From assembly GCF_006345805.1 (NCBI RefSeq), contig NC_042999.1, positions 165,974,001 to 166,038,000 on the forward strand: 64,000 bases of DNA, read 5' to 3'. The position numbers and the translations under genes are program-made. The notes beneath the pieces were generated by a model. It was not told the origin of the DNA, ran no database searches, and saw only the letters and a program-made list of their open reading frames with translations. The DNA is from Octopus sinensis. Its lineage: Eukaryota. Positions 1 through 12,267 of the stretch are shown piece after piece (the first letter of the stretch is position 1; every line of letters starts with the position of its first letter).

Positions 1-26
1 ACATTAAACGATGATGAACTAATGGA

Positions 27-290
27 ATGTGTAATTGTAAACCACAAAAATGTCCCCTGGATAACCAATGTCTCCAGAAGAATATAATATATAAGTACTT
101 GGTCAAAACCCCGGAGAGTGTCCATTATTACATAGACACTACAGCTTCAAAATTCAAGACCAAAATTACATAACCACATTCGTTCTTTTAAATACAAAAG
201 AAAACTGCATTTCAATAGCCAAGTTCATCTGGGACCTCAAAGGGAAGAACAGAAGCCACTTAATTTCATGGTCTATTATAGGTAGTGCTC
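27..290 (+). mobile_element. Degenerate GIY-YIG endonuclease fragment of a Penelope-like retroelement
   Basis: Manual translation: MCNCKPQKCPLDNQCLQKNIIYKYLVKTPESVHYYIDTTASKFKT, then after frameshifts LHNHIRSFKYK and SIAKFIWDLKGKNRSHLISWSII. This follows the CPLxxxCLxxNIIY...YIG...FKxRxxNHxxSF...W pattern of PLE-type GIY-YIG domains. Confidence 0.7.
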
Positions 291-443
291 TGAAGAGAAT
301 GGTTGAAAGTTAACAGTTCCATTGAATGATTGATAAATTATGATTACGCATACAATCCATTGTATAGTAAGGAAATAATTCCTCAGGTTATTCAAAACAT
401 TCCAACAGTACATAAAGTAAGAACATAATACAATTCTTCATTT

Positions 444-480
<37 letters not shown>

Positions 481-1243
481 GCTCAAAATGAAGCCAGTAT
501 GCTCCGATGGATGTGTAATGTCAGTGTTCATACTCAACAGAGTGTATGTACCTTGAGAGAAAAGTTGGACCTAAGAAGCATCAGTTGTGGTGTGCAAGAG
601 AGATGTTTGCGCTGGTATGGTCATGTGACGAGAATGGATGAAGATAGTTGTGTGAAAAAGTGCCACACCCTAGCAGTTGAGGGAACCTGTGGAAGAGGTA
701 GACCCAGGAAAACCTGGGACGAGGTGGTGAAGCACGACCTTCGAAATTTAGGTCTCACCGAGGAAATGACTAGAGACCGAGACCTATGGAAGTATGCTGT
801 GGGTGAGAAGACCTGGCAGGACAAGTGAGACCATAACATATGGCCTCTACCTGGGATGTAGCCAGTCCACCTATGCATACCTTTCCTTCTTGGGACACAA
901 AACTCTACTTGTGAAGACCTGTTGGGGCAAGTGAGAATCAGAATCAAAATCGAAATCGATCAACATCAATGGAAATTGTAGCTGTGATACCAGTACTGGT
1001 GGCACGTAAAAAGCACCATCCGACCGTGGCCGTTTGCCAGCCCCGTCTGGCACCTGTGCCGGTGGCACGTAAAAAGCACCCACTACACTCACGGAGTGGT
1101 TGGCGTTAGGAAGGGCATCCAGCCGTAGAAACATTGCCAGATCAGACTGGGCCTGGTGCAGCCTTCTGGCTTCCTAAACCCCAGTTGAACCGTCCAACCC
1201 ATGCTAGCATGGAAAGCGGACGCTAAATGATAATGATGATGAT
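481..1243 (+). mobile_element. 5'-truncated RTE-clade LINE (ORF C-terminus, 3' UTR, (GAT)n tail)
   Basis: ORF 499-828 contains the RTE C-terminal signature LRWYGHVTRMDEDSCVKK...GRGRPRKTW. It is followed by a 3' UTR shared with many copies in the window and a GATGAT tail. Confidence 0.9.
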
Positions 1244-1693
1244 ATATAAAAATACAAAATGGACAAGAATGCAAAACATCCGAATAGCTAGGTGATACAA
1301 AAAGGGACAACAAAACATCCAGATAGGCGATACAAAGAAAACAAGGATGGGTCATTCGAAGTTTTCTTTCCTCAGTCAAACACCAGATTATCCTCGCAAT
1401 TTCGGCTGATCATTCTTGAGATTGCTCCAATCTGACCAGCCCCAAGGAAAAACTAAGCTAAGAGCATTAGATTCCTTGGAAGAAAGCAGTGAATGTATAC
1501 AAAAACAAGGACGGAAAAAAACAGACAAAGTTACACAAATATAAACACAATAATAAATACAATAAAAATATTTTTATTATATTTATTATTGTATTTGTGT
1601 AACTTTGTTCGTTTTTAATATTTAATAATCATAGCATTTTATTTAATCTGTATGTAGTATGAGTGAATGTATTGTATTGTTAATCTTACTTAC

Positions 1694-1782
1694 CGACACT
1701 TTCAACTTGTACTTGTTACATGACTTAATAAATCTTCTAAAGCCATCAGTCTCCTTGGTAGCAATTGTTACTATTAAGAGTT
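1694..1782 (-). CDS. PLOD: Lysyl hydroxylase (procollagen-lysine 2-oxoglutarate 5-dioxygenase), coding exon 2
   Basis: Minus-strand acceptor tctttttctctattgtAG and donor GTAAGT bracket 89 nt translating as (E)LLIVTIATKETDGFRRFIKSCNKYKLKVS. This closely resembles the PLOD1 N-terminus as I recall it ([29 protein letters not shown]). It starts in phase 1, matching exon 1. Confidence 0.92.
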
Positions 1783-2994
1783 CTACAATAGAGAAAAAGA
1801 ACAACTTGGTAACATAATTTATTCTGAAAGCTTTCTACATCAAACATGTTTGACAACTGACTTTGATAAAGCACAAACTATAACAGGACACACTTTTCTC
1901 TAGCCCAGCAGCAGAGTGTGTCAACAAGCAGATAACAAGCTGTGACAGGTAGACTTCAGCAATAGAGGTACACAAACAAGAAAATATGGATTAGATAGAA
2001 TGCTGGGAGGGAGTAAGAAATATTTATGTTAACAAGAATGATAACTTCATAGAATTAAGCCAATTAGTATCAATTAAGCCACTCTGTAACAGTGTTTCCC
2101 AACCTATTTTCCCCCAGGCCCCACTATGACTTTCCAGAAAAATGTATACTCCACCAGTGGCATACATAAAGAGATTAATAATTGACTTCTCATGATTATA
2201 TACTCTCCTTAAAGAAATATCCACACTAGGGCTTCAGAACAGTTTTCACACAGTATGCTTGGCTGAAGGAGAATTGACTTGGCTGGGCTGAGTGTAGGTG
2301 TTGTATATTTGCTGTGAGAAGAAAAGATTTTCAAGAAAAAATGTTGGATCTCATGCCCCATGTTGCTCTGCATGGTTTTTTGGCCCATTAGAAACAGTAA
2401 CCTATTTCCTCTCAAATCACTCTTTATCATTCGATAATGTAGCACTGCACATCCATAAAAAGACAAGATCATAATGGCAAGAAATTCCTCAGATCATAGA
2501 TCCACTGCTTCAGGTTCAATCTAAGGCTAAAAAGTAAAGCAATGACTTCATAGATTGGAGAACATTCATAAGTTTGAATGCCTATTTTCACTCCTAGACT
2601 GATCATACATGTTTCTCTATCTATCTAACTATTTTATCTGATTTCTATCTATTTTGTCTGATTTGTTCATTTCTCCTCTCGTTATATGATCGACCTTCAT
2701 CCTCTCGTTATATGATCGACCTTCGTATGATCGACCTTCGTGTATCGCGGTGCACCCACCCTGCCCACCCCCACCACCAATACCGGATATCTCTATTTTT
2801 CTCCATCTATACCGGATGTCGCTTCTCCCACTACCATTATAGGTGTCTTCTCTTCGAACCCCCCTCTTCAATACGCTATTTTACCATGCATTACCCCTCT
2901 CTTGATATCCTACCTTCTACTTGCCTACAACCTGTCATCATTTCTCTGAACCACCCCTCCCCACTGGTGCTCCCCTATATTCCTGCACCCCCCC

Positions 2995-3248
2995 CCCACA
3001 TAAAAAGCACCATCCGAACGTGGCCGATGCCAGACCCCTCTGGCACCTGTGCAGGTGGCACGTAAAAAGCACCCACTACACTCGCGGAGTGGTTGGCGTT
3101 AGGAAGGGCATCCAGCTGTAGAAACACTGCCAGACCAGACTGGAGCCTGGGGCAGTCCCTAGCTCCCCAGACCCCGGTCGAAACCATCCAACCCGTGCTA
3201 GCGCGGAAAACGAACGTTAAACGATGATGATGATGATGATGATGATGA
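2995..3248 (+). mobile_element. RTE 3'-UTR-derived short repeat (family A)
   Basis: Contains ggtggcacgtaaaaagcacccactacactc...ggcgttaggaagggcatccagc and a (GAT)n tail, matching 990-1243. Confidence 0.85.
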
Positions 3249-3429
3249 CAGCTGTTATGCTATGTGTTCAGGTAAAAGTCTACGTGTATAAACATAATAC
3301 AATATGCATATACAAGATGTGCCTATGAACATGTGCATAGACACATTGTTGCAGGACACAACATATATTGATGCAAGCGAAAATTAATTTTGCAATGAGA
3401 ACACCAGAGTTGTTTATAACATTCTAGCA

Positions 3430-3853
3430 TTTATCTGTTCCTTGTTTTAAACACTGGACTGCAGCCATGCTGGGGCAGTGCCCTGAAGGGCTTAGTCAAA
3501 AACAATTCAACCTCAACATTTATATATTTTTAAGGCTGGTACTTATTCTATCAGTCTCTTTTGGCCAAACTGCTAAGTTACAGACATTAAACCAATGCCG
3601 GTTGTCAAGCAATGGTGGACAACAAATAAAAACAAAAATACACATACACATTTTATATATATAGATATATAAACATATATACTCACACAAGCATATATAC
3701 AGCACAATTACCATCTACCAAATGAACTCACAAGGTTTTGGCCTTCCCAGAGCTATTGTAGAAAACCCTTGTCCAAGGTGCAACGCAATGGGATTGAACT
3801 TGGGATCCTGTGGCTGAGAAGCAAACTTCATAACATACAGCTACACAAGTGCC
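3430..3853 (-). mobile_element. tRNA-derived SINE family B, diverged copy
   Basis: Reverse-complement similarity to 18516-18924 across head, central microsatellite and tail. Confidence 0.75.
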
Positions 3854-4421
3854 TATGTCAGTAACTCCAACATTTTACATTTATTTAAACGAAATCGCTG
3901 TTAAATCTGAGTATGTTTATTGCTGAAAGGGGATATATAATGTTAGTTTTACCAAGATAATCAAATACATTTATTAGAGTTTGTAGAGTTCAGTTGGTGT
4001 TAGTGTAGGAAAATGTAGTGGAAGTGGAATACTGAGGTATGTCAATAAGTTGTAAATACAGGAAATATCTAACACTTGACATCACACATTCTTCCATTTC
4101 TGACTTCCACTATTCAGCTGGGAATTTATTCATTTGAGCTATTTACAGTAAAAGTAATCATTGTGTAGAGAACCATAACTATATATAAGTTATAATTAAA
4201 ATTAAAGTTTAGATATGAAAGTTTAAAATTTAGCATCCAAACCTTATTTTGAGCATGTTCCTAGTAGTGTGCCGGCAGAGCATGTTCACCACTTACAGGA
4301 TGCATTTGATTTCAGTATATCATTCCTCACCCACAAGGGAGCAGTGCAGAATTATGTCGAAACGATTGTTGTGATAAATAAAGTTTCCAGTACACTCTAT
4401 CATTTAGAATATACATATATA

Positions 4422-5288
4422 CTAGCTTAAGGTGATTCGCTCTACACGAAGGTGAGGATGTGGTTGTTACTTTCTGTTGCTTCCTTTTTGTTTCTTATCG
4501 CCACATTCTCCCTCTTTGTTTCTCTCTCCTTTCTCTTTCACTTTCTTTTACGCATGCACATATCACAAAAATAATTCAAAATTACTGAAAAATTTTGTGA
4601 AATTTGATACTTTTTTGGCATATTTTGACGTTTCATAATGCAAATGAAAGCTAAAATTTTGGCCTTTAACACAATGCTATTTTTACCCATGTCAACCAAA
4701 TAATGCAAACAGAAAAAAATTAAATCTAAAAATAGGGCAAAAATGTACTCATTTTAAAAGTTGAAAAATTTTAACCCCTTTTCCAAAATCACCCAAATTT
4801 TTACTCCCACAATTAAAGATAACCGCCTCTAGCCCCTGCAGCAACACGAAAAGCCACCATTATTCAAACAGTGCAACCTGTCTATCCCATAAAAGTCTAT
4901 TTTTCCCATATTCCTCACCATGGCAACCAGACAGTAGCCCCGAGCAACTTACAACCCTCCTCACACCATTGCCCACCCCATTTTACACCCCCCCCCGTGT
5001 AAATTTTGGCACCAATCCAACCCCATCTACTGCCCCTTAAACCATTCCCATACCAAAATGAGACAAATAGCCAAGAAATCAAACAACCTTTTCACATTTC
5101 AGATTTATAGATATTGATGATTATATATAGACGCATATATATATATATACACATTATATATATATATTTATATACACACATATATATATAAATTAACACA
5201 ATATATCTGATTAATATCTGTTATGATTGTGCGGTGGTGGTGGGCGATAATAATTCACTTTTTCGCATTTCAGCTTTATAGATATAGA
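4422..5288 (-). mobile_element. Probable non-autonomous Helitron
   Basis: CTAG end at 4422 next to a weak hairpin (ttcg...cgaa); a TC-TATATCTATAAAGCTGAA-type 5' end near 5288, with a similar end near 5118. Confidence 0.5.
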
Positions 5289-5290
5289 TT

Positions 5291-5800
5291 GTTATACTTG
5301 GGGATGGTCATATTTTGCTAATTAAACACAAGCAAAAAGTGCCAAAAAGTTCCTGGTTTTAAGGGTATCATGAAGGGCCTGGTTTTAGTTTTCCCAGAGC
5401 TATAATAGAAAGGCCTGGTTGGAGGACCAACTTTCTGAGTTCTTCTTCAGGGCTTACAAAAGACGAGGACTGCTGCAACAAGTGTGTGAATCTGAGAGGG
5501 GGAATATGTTGAATAAAATCATAACTCATTCTCTTGTATTTTCTTTTACCCAAAGCCAGGACCTTTTCAGCATCCCCTTGTATATGCTTGGTCTTTACTT
5601 CCGCTTTATTATCATTATTTTTGCCCATGTCGCTGAAGAGGACACAGGATGTGTGACAAGAGCTTAGACAAAGAAACAAAAATAATAATAAAGCTGAAGT
5701 AAAGATCAAACATACAGTGTTTAATTGGCAAAATATGACCATCCCCAAGAATAACAATGTTTCAACACATGATTTCACATCAAGAACCTTGCAAAACAAA
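5291..5800 (+). mobile_element. Penelope-like terminal repeat remnant with inverted end duplication and degenerate hammerhead motif
   Basis: 5291-5330 is an inverted copy of 5718-5757. Similar to 23062-23290 and 44944-45232. Motif tgtcgCTGAAGAggacacaggatgtgtgac-aaga-gctta-gaca lies at ~5628-5670. Confidence 0.65.
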
Positions 5801-6413
5801 TACATAAATGTGTGTGTGTGTGTGTGTACTAACATTTGTTTTCCATGCTGACATGGGCTGGATGGTTTGACAGGATCCAATGAGCCAGAGGGTTGCATTT
5901 AGCTCCATGTCAGTTTTGGTATGATTTGTACAGTTAGATCCCTTTTCTAATGCTAAAACACTCTACAGTATGAGCACTAGGTGTTTTGTTTTTTTTTCAT
6001 TACACCAGCACTAGAGAGGTTGCCAAGAAACTTGCAAAACAGGAATGAACAAGAAAAAGGAAAAGGGGAATAGGCTACAATACTACAAGTGTAGAAAGGA
6101 TTATTAAGTGGGAAGTAGCTATACAATATGTATACCATGATTCAATTGTATCCATAGCTACCTTTCTGCAAAGTGTAAACATTAGTGAAACCAATTTTAA
6201 AACAGAGGACTAGAAATAAAAAGAAAAAAACTGATCACATATATACATAAACGGTAAATGGACCCTTTGACAGTTTCATTGATTATCATTACAAAAGGGG
6301 TGACTTTGAAGTTCTGGCCCGCTAGTCTTCATTGGACATTTATTTGTGTGTGTGTGTATGCATGTATATATATATGTATACACATACATGTATGTAATGT
6401 ATATATATATTTA

Positions 6414-7546
6414 CTAGCAGTAAAGACCCGTCGTTGCCGGGTCATAGTGCTAGTGCATGTATATATGTGTATATATATGTGTACATATTACATGTACATC
6501 TATATATATATACATCTACACATAAAACACAAAATACAAAGTTATATCTTGATATCGCTAGTGATAACAATACTCAAAATATATAACAGACTGGAATTGT
6601 TAGCCCGTCTCTAGTAATTTCGATCAATTGTGCCTAGTCCTCCCTCTTGTATAGAAGTGTGGCTACAATCCAGCCTACCTCTACTTTGGAGGGGGGGGGG
6701 GCATTTTAAAATTTTTTTCCGGGACGTCCTACGTCCCAGATATAAAGGTAGAAATAAAATATTTCCACTTTGCAAGTTCGAGTCAAGTATTCCCTTGCAT
6801 GCTCCGTTGACTCGAACCTTGCTTCTATTGTGGTGAATTTACCGCCTCTGATTAGATATCTTTCATAGTCGCACCAAGACACTTTTCGAAGATGCTTTCC
6901 TCCATGTGTTCAAATCTTCTTTTTTCTCTACATTGTATACTTTATAGACAATAGTCTTTTCTTTAATTTAATTTTTTATTATCCATCTGGACTATTCCAT
7001 CTCTGCACGCTAATTTTATTTTTAATTTATTCCCATTCATGTGAAACCACTTATTCAAGTTCAAATCATTGATGCAATCTTATACCAATTGCTATTTTTA
7101 CTTTTGTTATGTTACGATTATATTATACTTTAGTTTGATTTTAATTATTACTTACTACATATTGTTATTATTATTTTTATTGTTAAAGTGAAAGTATCTG
7201 ACATAAAATAGAGAAATGTTTTTGTTTCACTTTTAACACGTAATACTGAAATAGTGGAGAAGATATGATATTGCTATGGGCTCGCTCTAGGCAAGAAGTT
7301 GAACATTTTTTTGCCCATGAAACTACATGGAACCTCAGTAAGGCATATGTAAAATTTGAATGGAATTGGTCGTGTAGTTCTCAAGTTTTAGGGAATCATA
7401 GTGGAGAAGATATGATATTGCTATGGGCTCGCTCTAGGCAAGAAGTTGAACATTTTTTTGCCCATGAAACTACATGGAACCTCAGTAAGGCATATGTAAA
7501 ATTTGAATGGAATTGGTCGTGTAGTTCTCAAGTTTTAGGGAAACAC

Positions 7547-7581
<35 letters not shown>

Positions 7582-7605
7582 CTCTCAGTTTTATATATAT
7601 AAAGA
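6414..7605 (-). mobile_element. Non-autonomous Helitron with internal 147-bp tandem duplication
   Basis: On the minus strand: A|TC 5' end at 7605, (CTGT)n microsatellite, hairpin gacccg...cgggtc, and CTAG|T 3' end at 6414. The duplication at ~7251-7545 explains the repeated peptide in ORF 7265-7702. Confidence 0.85.
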
Positions 7606-7845
7606 TATATATATATATATATATATATACTTATACATATGTACATGTACATGTGATTGTGTGTGTGTGTATGTATATATATACATAGTTCAAATTTACT
7701 GAAAACAAAAGATGAAGACAGCTGTATCACTTCAAAGGCGAGGAAGAATGAAAAAAAAAAACAGAGAAAAAAACGTATAGGGATTAATGGTTCAACATGA
7801 TGAAATAATGTGTGTGTGCATTTGTGCGTGAGTGATATTTAATGT

Positions 7846-8112
7846 ACACCGTATACAAGTAGTTTTATGCATCAGAGATGTGGTCTAGACAAATCTTAAT
7901 AACATGTCATGTGTCTTCAAGCCCTGAGTCCATCCACCTTCTCATTTTCTCTCATAAGTGATCTTCATCTAGGGCCCTAGTTTGTATATTGTATAGTTCA
8001 TGTATTCAGAGCCTAGTGGCAGCTTAAAGATACAAGGCATGTTATTAAAACATGTCTAGACAAAATCTCCAAAGCATGAAACTATTAAAAGCTTGTAATT
8101 GTATACTGTGTA
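7846..8112. mobile_element. Fold-back MITE with imperfect ~80-bp TIRs
   Basis: Paired segments tacaccgtatacaa/ttgtatactgtgta and gtctagacaaatcttaataacatg/catgttattaaaacatgtctagac, with TA at the ends. Confidence 0.65.
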
Positions 8113-8121
8113 AAGTAGATA

Positions 8122-8164
<43 letters not shown>

Positions 8165-8311
8165 AAAAGCAATAAAGATTCAAGTTAATTTAAATGAATT
8201 TACTTGAATATGGTACCTAACTTAGATGCACCAAAAAAAACTATACTGTTTTAACAATACAGTAATGCAGGGTGATTATAAGCGAGAAAGAAGCAACAAG
8301 AATGGATAGGT

Positions 8312-8402
8312 TTTTAGTACAATCGTTTCATACAAGGACAGGCTTTATTAAAAGTTGTAAAAATTACAGCATATAAACGTGTCCCGTACTCATCAGCTAA
8401 AA
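8312..8402 (-). ncRNA. Type I hammerhead ribozyme motif (sense to PLOD pre-mRNA)
   Basis: Reverse complement of the motif at 9407-9497. Confidence 0.75.
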
Positions 8403-9406
8403 TACATGTGAGTTCTCTAGACATCCTAGTGGTTGAGGCTATACTCATGAAGTAATGTAGATAATTAAGTAACATAAACAGATTTCCAAAGTTCATTAAA
8501 GTTCTTTAAAGATGATGTACAGTCTTATCACAGAATTTTAAAAAAGTTTTAATAGCATCACAGAGAAGGTGACCTAATCCATAGAGCACATATGAATTTC
8601 CAGAGATATGATGAGGGATTACATACTCACAGAAGACAAATTTATCCATTGTTAATCACAACGAGGTGGGTCTCAATTCCTGCTTATTAGCATTACAGAG
8701 AGGGTGAATTAATCCTTTGTATAGATGCACAATTTCCAATGGTGTAGATGTAAATTTCCAGAGAAATGAAGAGGAATTTCATATTCACAGGCGATAAATT
8801 TATCAATGGTTGAACACAATGAGGTAGGTATCAATTCTTGTTATATGATTAGGTATTTGCCACATTAATCACATTACTGCTATTTACAAGAGGCTGTAGC
8901 TATTTAACTTTTAAAGGCTGAAGGGCTTTCTAGAGAGGCAAAGAATAGAAAAGGGAAGGGAATAGAAGAAAAGAGAGAAAATAAAGGAGGAGGGAGCAAA
9001 AAAGGGGGGGAAGGGGACTAAAAGAGAAGAGAAAAGGAAAAAGAGAATAAGAAGAAGAAAAAGAAAAAAGAGAAAAGAGAAAGAAATAGGGAAAGAAGGG
9101 AAAAAAGAAAAAAAAAAAAAAGAGGGTTCTAGTTATACAGAAGAATTAGTAGACGGCAAGTCTGGTTTTAATTTACAGGCATCTAGGAACTAGAGGAGAA
9201 TATTATTCTTTGGCCAGTAAAACAGCTAATTTATTGCTGTTGAAATCAGCTATGAATTTAAAGAGAATCTAAAGAGATAACACAGTCAGGGGTTTAGGGG
9301 TCAGATGCTTTAATGAACTTTGGAAATCTGTTTATGTTACTTAATTATCTACATTACTTCATGAGTATAGCCTCAACCACTAGGATGTCTAGAGAACTCA
9401 CATGTA

Positions 9407-9497
9407 TTTTAGCTGATGAGTACGGGACACGTTTATATGCTGTAATTTTTACAACTTTTAATAAAGCCTGTCCTTGTATGAAACGATTGTACTAAAA
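9407..9497 (+). ncRNA. Type I hammerhead ribozyme motif (minimal stem III, PLE type)
   Basis: Stem I ttttag/ctaaaa; core CTGATGA; stem II gtacgggaca/tgtccttgtat around a long loop; GAAA; stem III Ac-gatt-gT; cleavage triplet GTA. Confidence 0.75.
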
Positions 9498-9528
9498 ACC
9501 TATCCATTCTTGTTGCTTCTTTCTCGCG

Positions 9529-9559
<31 letters not shown>

Positions 9560-9689
9560 TTTTATTCTTTTACTTGTTTCAGTCAGTTGACTGCGGCCAT
9601 GACACAGCACCACCTTAAAGGGCTTTAGTCGAACAAGTCAAACCCAGGACTTTTTTAAAACCTAGTACTTATTCTATCTATCACATTTG

Positions 9690-10152
9690 CTGACTGTCGT
9701 CTGTGCTAGCAGGATGCAAAGAGCACCATATAAGTGGGATCATTGACAGAGCGGCTAACCGGCATCCATGCCAGTGGCACTTAAAGGCACCATTCAAGTG
9801 TGATCGTTACCAGTGTCGCCTTACTGGCACTCATACCCCGTGCTAGTAGGGTATTAAGAGCACCATCCAAGCATGATCGTTGCCAGAGCGGCTATCTGGC
9901 CTCTGTGCCGGTGGCATGTGTAAAAGATTCAAGCGAGGTCATTGCCAGTACCGCCTGACTGGCCCCGTGCCAGTGGCAAATAAAAGCACCCACTACACTC
10001 TCGGAGCGATTGGCGTTAGGAAGGGCATCCAGCTGTAGAAACTCTGCCAGATCAAGATTGAAGCCCGGTGCGGCCATCTGGTTCGCCAGCCCTCAGTCAA
10101 ATCGTCCAACCCATGCCAGCATGGAAAGCAGACATTAAACGATGATAATGAT
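9690..10152 (+). mobile_element. RTE 3' UTR (family A) with ~5 tandem ~58-bp units
   Basis: Repeated gtgccrgtggcac...aaagcacca units, followed by the conserved 3' end and GAT tail. Confidence 0.85.
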
Positions 10153-10377
10153 ATATATATATATATAAGTGCAAAGTAATAGCTACTGTTCTCTGAAGCA
10201 GCTAGATTTGAAAATTCGATGTATAGATAAACAAAACAGGTACGTGTTTTTCTGAGGATTGGTCAAATGATAAGATATCAATAAGGGTTGAAAATCAATT
10301 ATGTCTGTTTGCCATTTCCCCATCTTTGGACAAATAAGTAAATTTGACAGACTTGTATGTCTAGTATGAAGGTTTAA

Positions 10378-10761
10378 GCACAGAAGTGGCTGTGTGGTAA
10401 GAAGCTTGCTTCCCAACCCCATGGTTTCGGGTGCAGTCTCACCATGTGGCACCTTGAGCAAGTGTTTTCTTCTATAACCTCAGGCTGACCAAAGCCTTGC
10501 GAGTGAATTTGGTAGACGGAAACATCGTATGTGTGTGTGTGTGTGTATGTTTGTGTTACTGTGTTTGTCCCCCCACCATCGCTTGACAACCAATGTTGGT
10601 GTGTTTATGTTCCCGTAACTTAGCGGTTCAGCAAAAGAGACCAATAGATTAAGTACTAGACTTACAAAGAATAAGGCCTAGGGTCTATTTGTTCAACTAA
10701 AAAGGCAGTGCTCCAGCATGGCGACAGTCAAATGACTGAAACTAATAAAAGAATAAAAGAA
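10378..10761 (+). mobile_element. tRNA-derived SINE family B
   Basis: gtggctgtgtggtaag head, (TG)n core, and cagcatggc...aaatgactgaaac tail. Confidence 0.85.
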
Positions 10762-12057
10762 TATATATATATATGGGTGGCTAATTTGTAATTTTACAAC
10801 CTAACAGCAGAAATATATCCGTCACTATAGTGAAATAATAGTAAAAACTACTCAATAGCCACAGAAGCAGGATCTTAATGACTGAGAAGGGAGGGAAGCT
10901 CCCTACAGCAACAGATCATCAATGCTTTCACATTTTGATGCTCACGCATTTTAATGCTCATTGATGGCTCTCACTGCTCCTAGGGTTAAACTCGGCTTAT
11001 AAAATATATATATATACAAACACACATATATGTATGCATGTACCAAGCAGTCGTACTCACATACAGAAAAAGAGTACAGCATGTTTTTTAAGTAAATCAT
11101 CTATACACACACACACATACAAATGCACACCATCCAAACTGAAGCCACAATAATTAGTTTACAGATAGATATATCTAGTTTCCATTTCTGAACAGTGGTT
11201 TAATATTTCCAGTCAAAAGGCAGCTCTGTTGCCAGACATTTCCTTTGTCACATGCCAACAATTCCTCTAAATCCGGCAAACAATCTATAAACATCTGCTG
11301 CATCCTATTCCAAATCAGTTGACTCAACAAATCTCATCTTTATTCAACAAAGATGAGCCAACCACCCTCTTAGGATGCACATCACACAACTGAAATGATA
11401 ATATATATTTTTGAAACAACTGTAATCAATGAAATTAATATAAATTTTCAACATCCAGATGTACGTATGAGAATGTATGTGTGTATGATTGTGAGTGCAT
11501 GTATATCAGAGTATGTGTGTGTGTCTATGTAAGTGTTGATGTGTAAGAGTAGACGTGTGAGTGTGAGCATATGAATATAGATGTGTGAGCGTATGTATGT
11601 GTATGTAAGTGTGTATATGTGTATCTATGTGAGTGCATATGAGCATGTATGTGAGTGTGTAGGTATGTGATTGTTGGTCTGTAGTGTACATGTGCGTGTG
11701 CGTGTGTTACTGTTAACTTTCAACTGATCAGGAACCTTTCAACCCAAGAAGTTTACAGGCGTCCACCAAGATCAGATCTGATCAGAGCACTGAGCTACAG
11801 TTTGCTGATAATTCTGCTCCTGTAACTCATGCTTTCCAAGTCCTATTGGTTGTTCATCATCCCAGTAACCATTCCAAAAAGTCAATGTATGTTTACATGT
11901 AAGCATGTGTGTGTATTCATATACTGTTTCCCTGCCTCATGCAGTCTCAACAATCCAGGACAAATGTCTACATACTGTAAACTTTAAGGGAACTCATCAC
12001 ACGCTAAAAAAAAATCAAGAGTAAGATCTTCAGAATGGGGGTCAATTCAGTCTTTAA

Positions 12058-12267
12058 CCCTTTAGCATCTGTCAAATGTAATGTTTATTCATTCACATTG
12101 TTTTGAATTAATCATACAATATTTCAAAGCTTTAAGAATTTAATGATCTGATTGTTTATTTTTAGAATTACACAGTAGGGTAGGTGTGAGAGGCCAGATC
12201 TAGCTAGTTTGAACATAAAACAAATCGAATATTTGGGCTCAATATGACCAGTTTAAATGCTAAAGGG
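12058..12267. mobile_element. piggyBac-type MITE
   Basis: TTAA|ccctttagcat...atgctaaaggg|TTCA; homologous to 14606-14824 and ~25490-25698. Confidence 0.8.

Larger units (their letters stand above)
8282..9527. mobile_element. Penelope-like element remnant with 220-bp inverted terminal arms
   Basis: 8282-8501 is the reverse complement of 9308-9527; the ORF track gives an identical 60-aa ORF on both strands. The minus strand of ~9130-9210 reads ...KLKPDLPSTNSSV, resembling a PLE ORF end. Each arm carries a hammerhead motif. Confidence 0.75.

Noticed and set aside
7265-7702. 145-aa ORF with an internal repeat
   Set aside because: It arises from a 147-bp tandem duplication inside a non-autonomous Helitron and runs into microsatellite.
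8314-9495. Identical 60-aa ORFs on opposite strands suggesting a duplicated small gene
   Set aside because: They are a by-product of the inverted PLE terminal repeat and show no protein features.
9690-10000. Palindromic repeat-spacer pattern (gtgccggtggcac...aaagcacc) resembling CRISPR
   Set aside because: The apparent spacers are homologous to each other, and the array is part of a multi-copy RTE 3' UTR.
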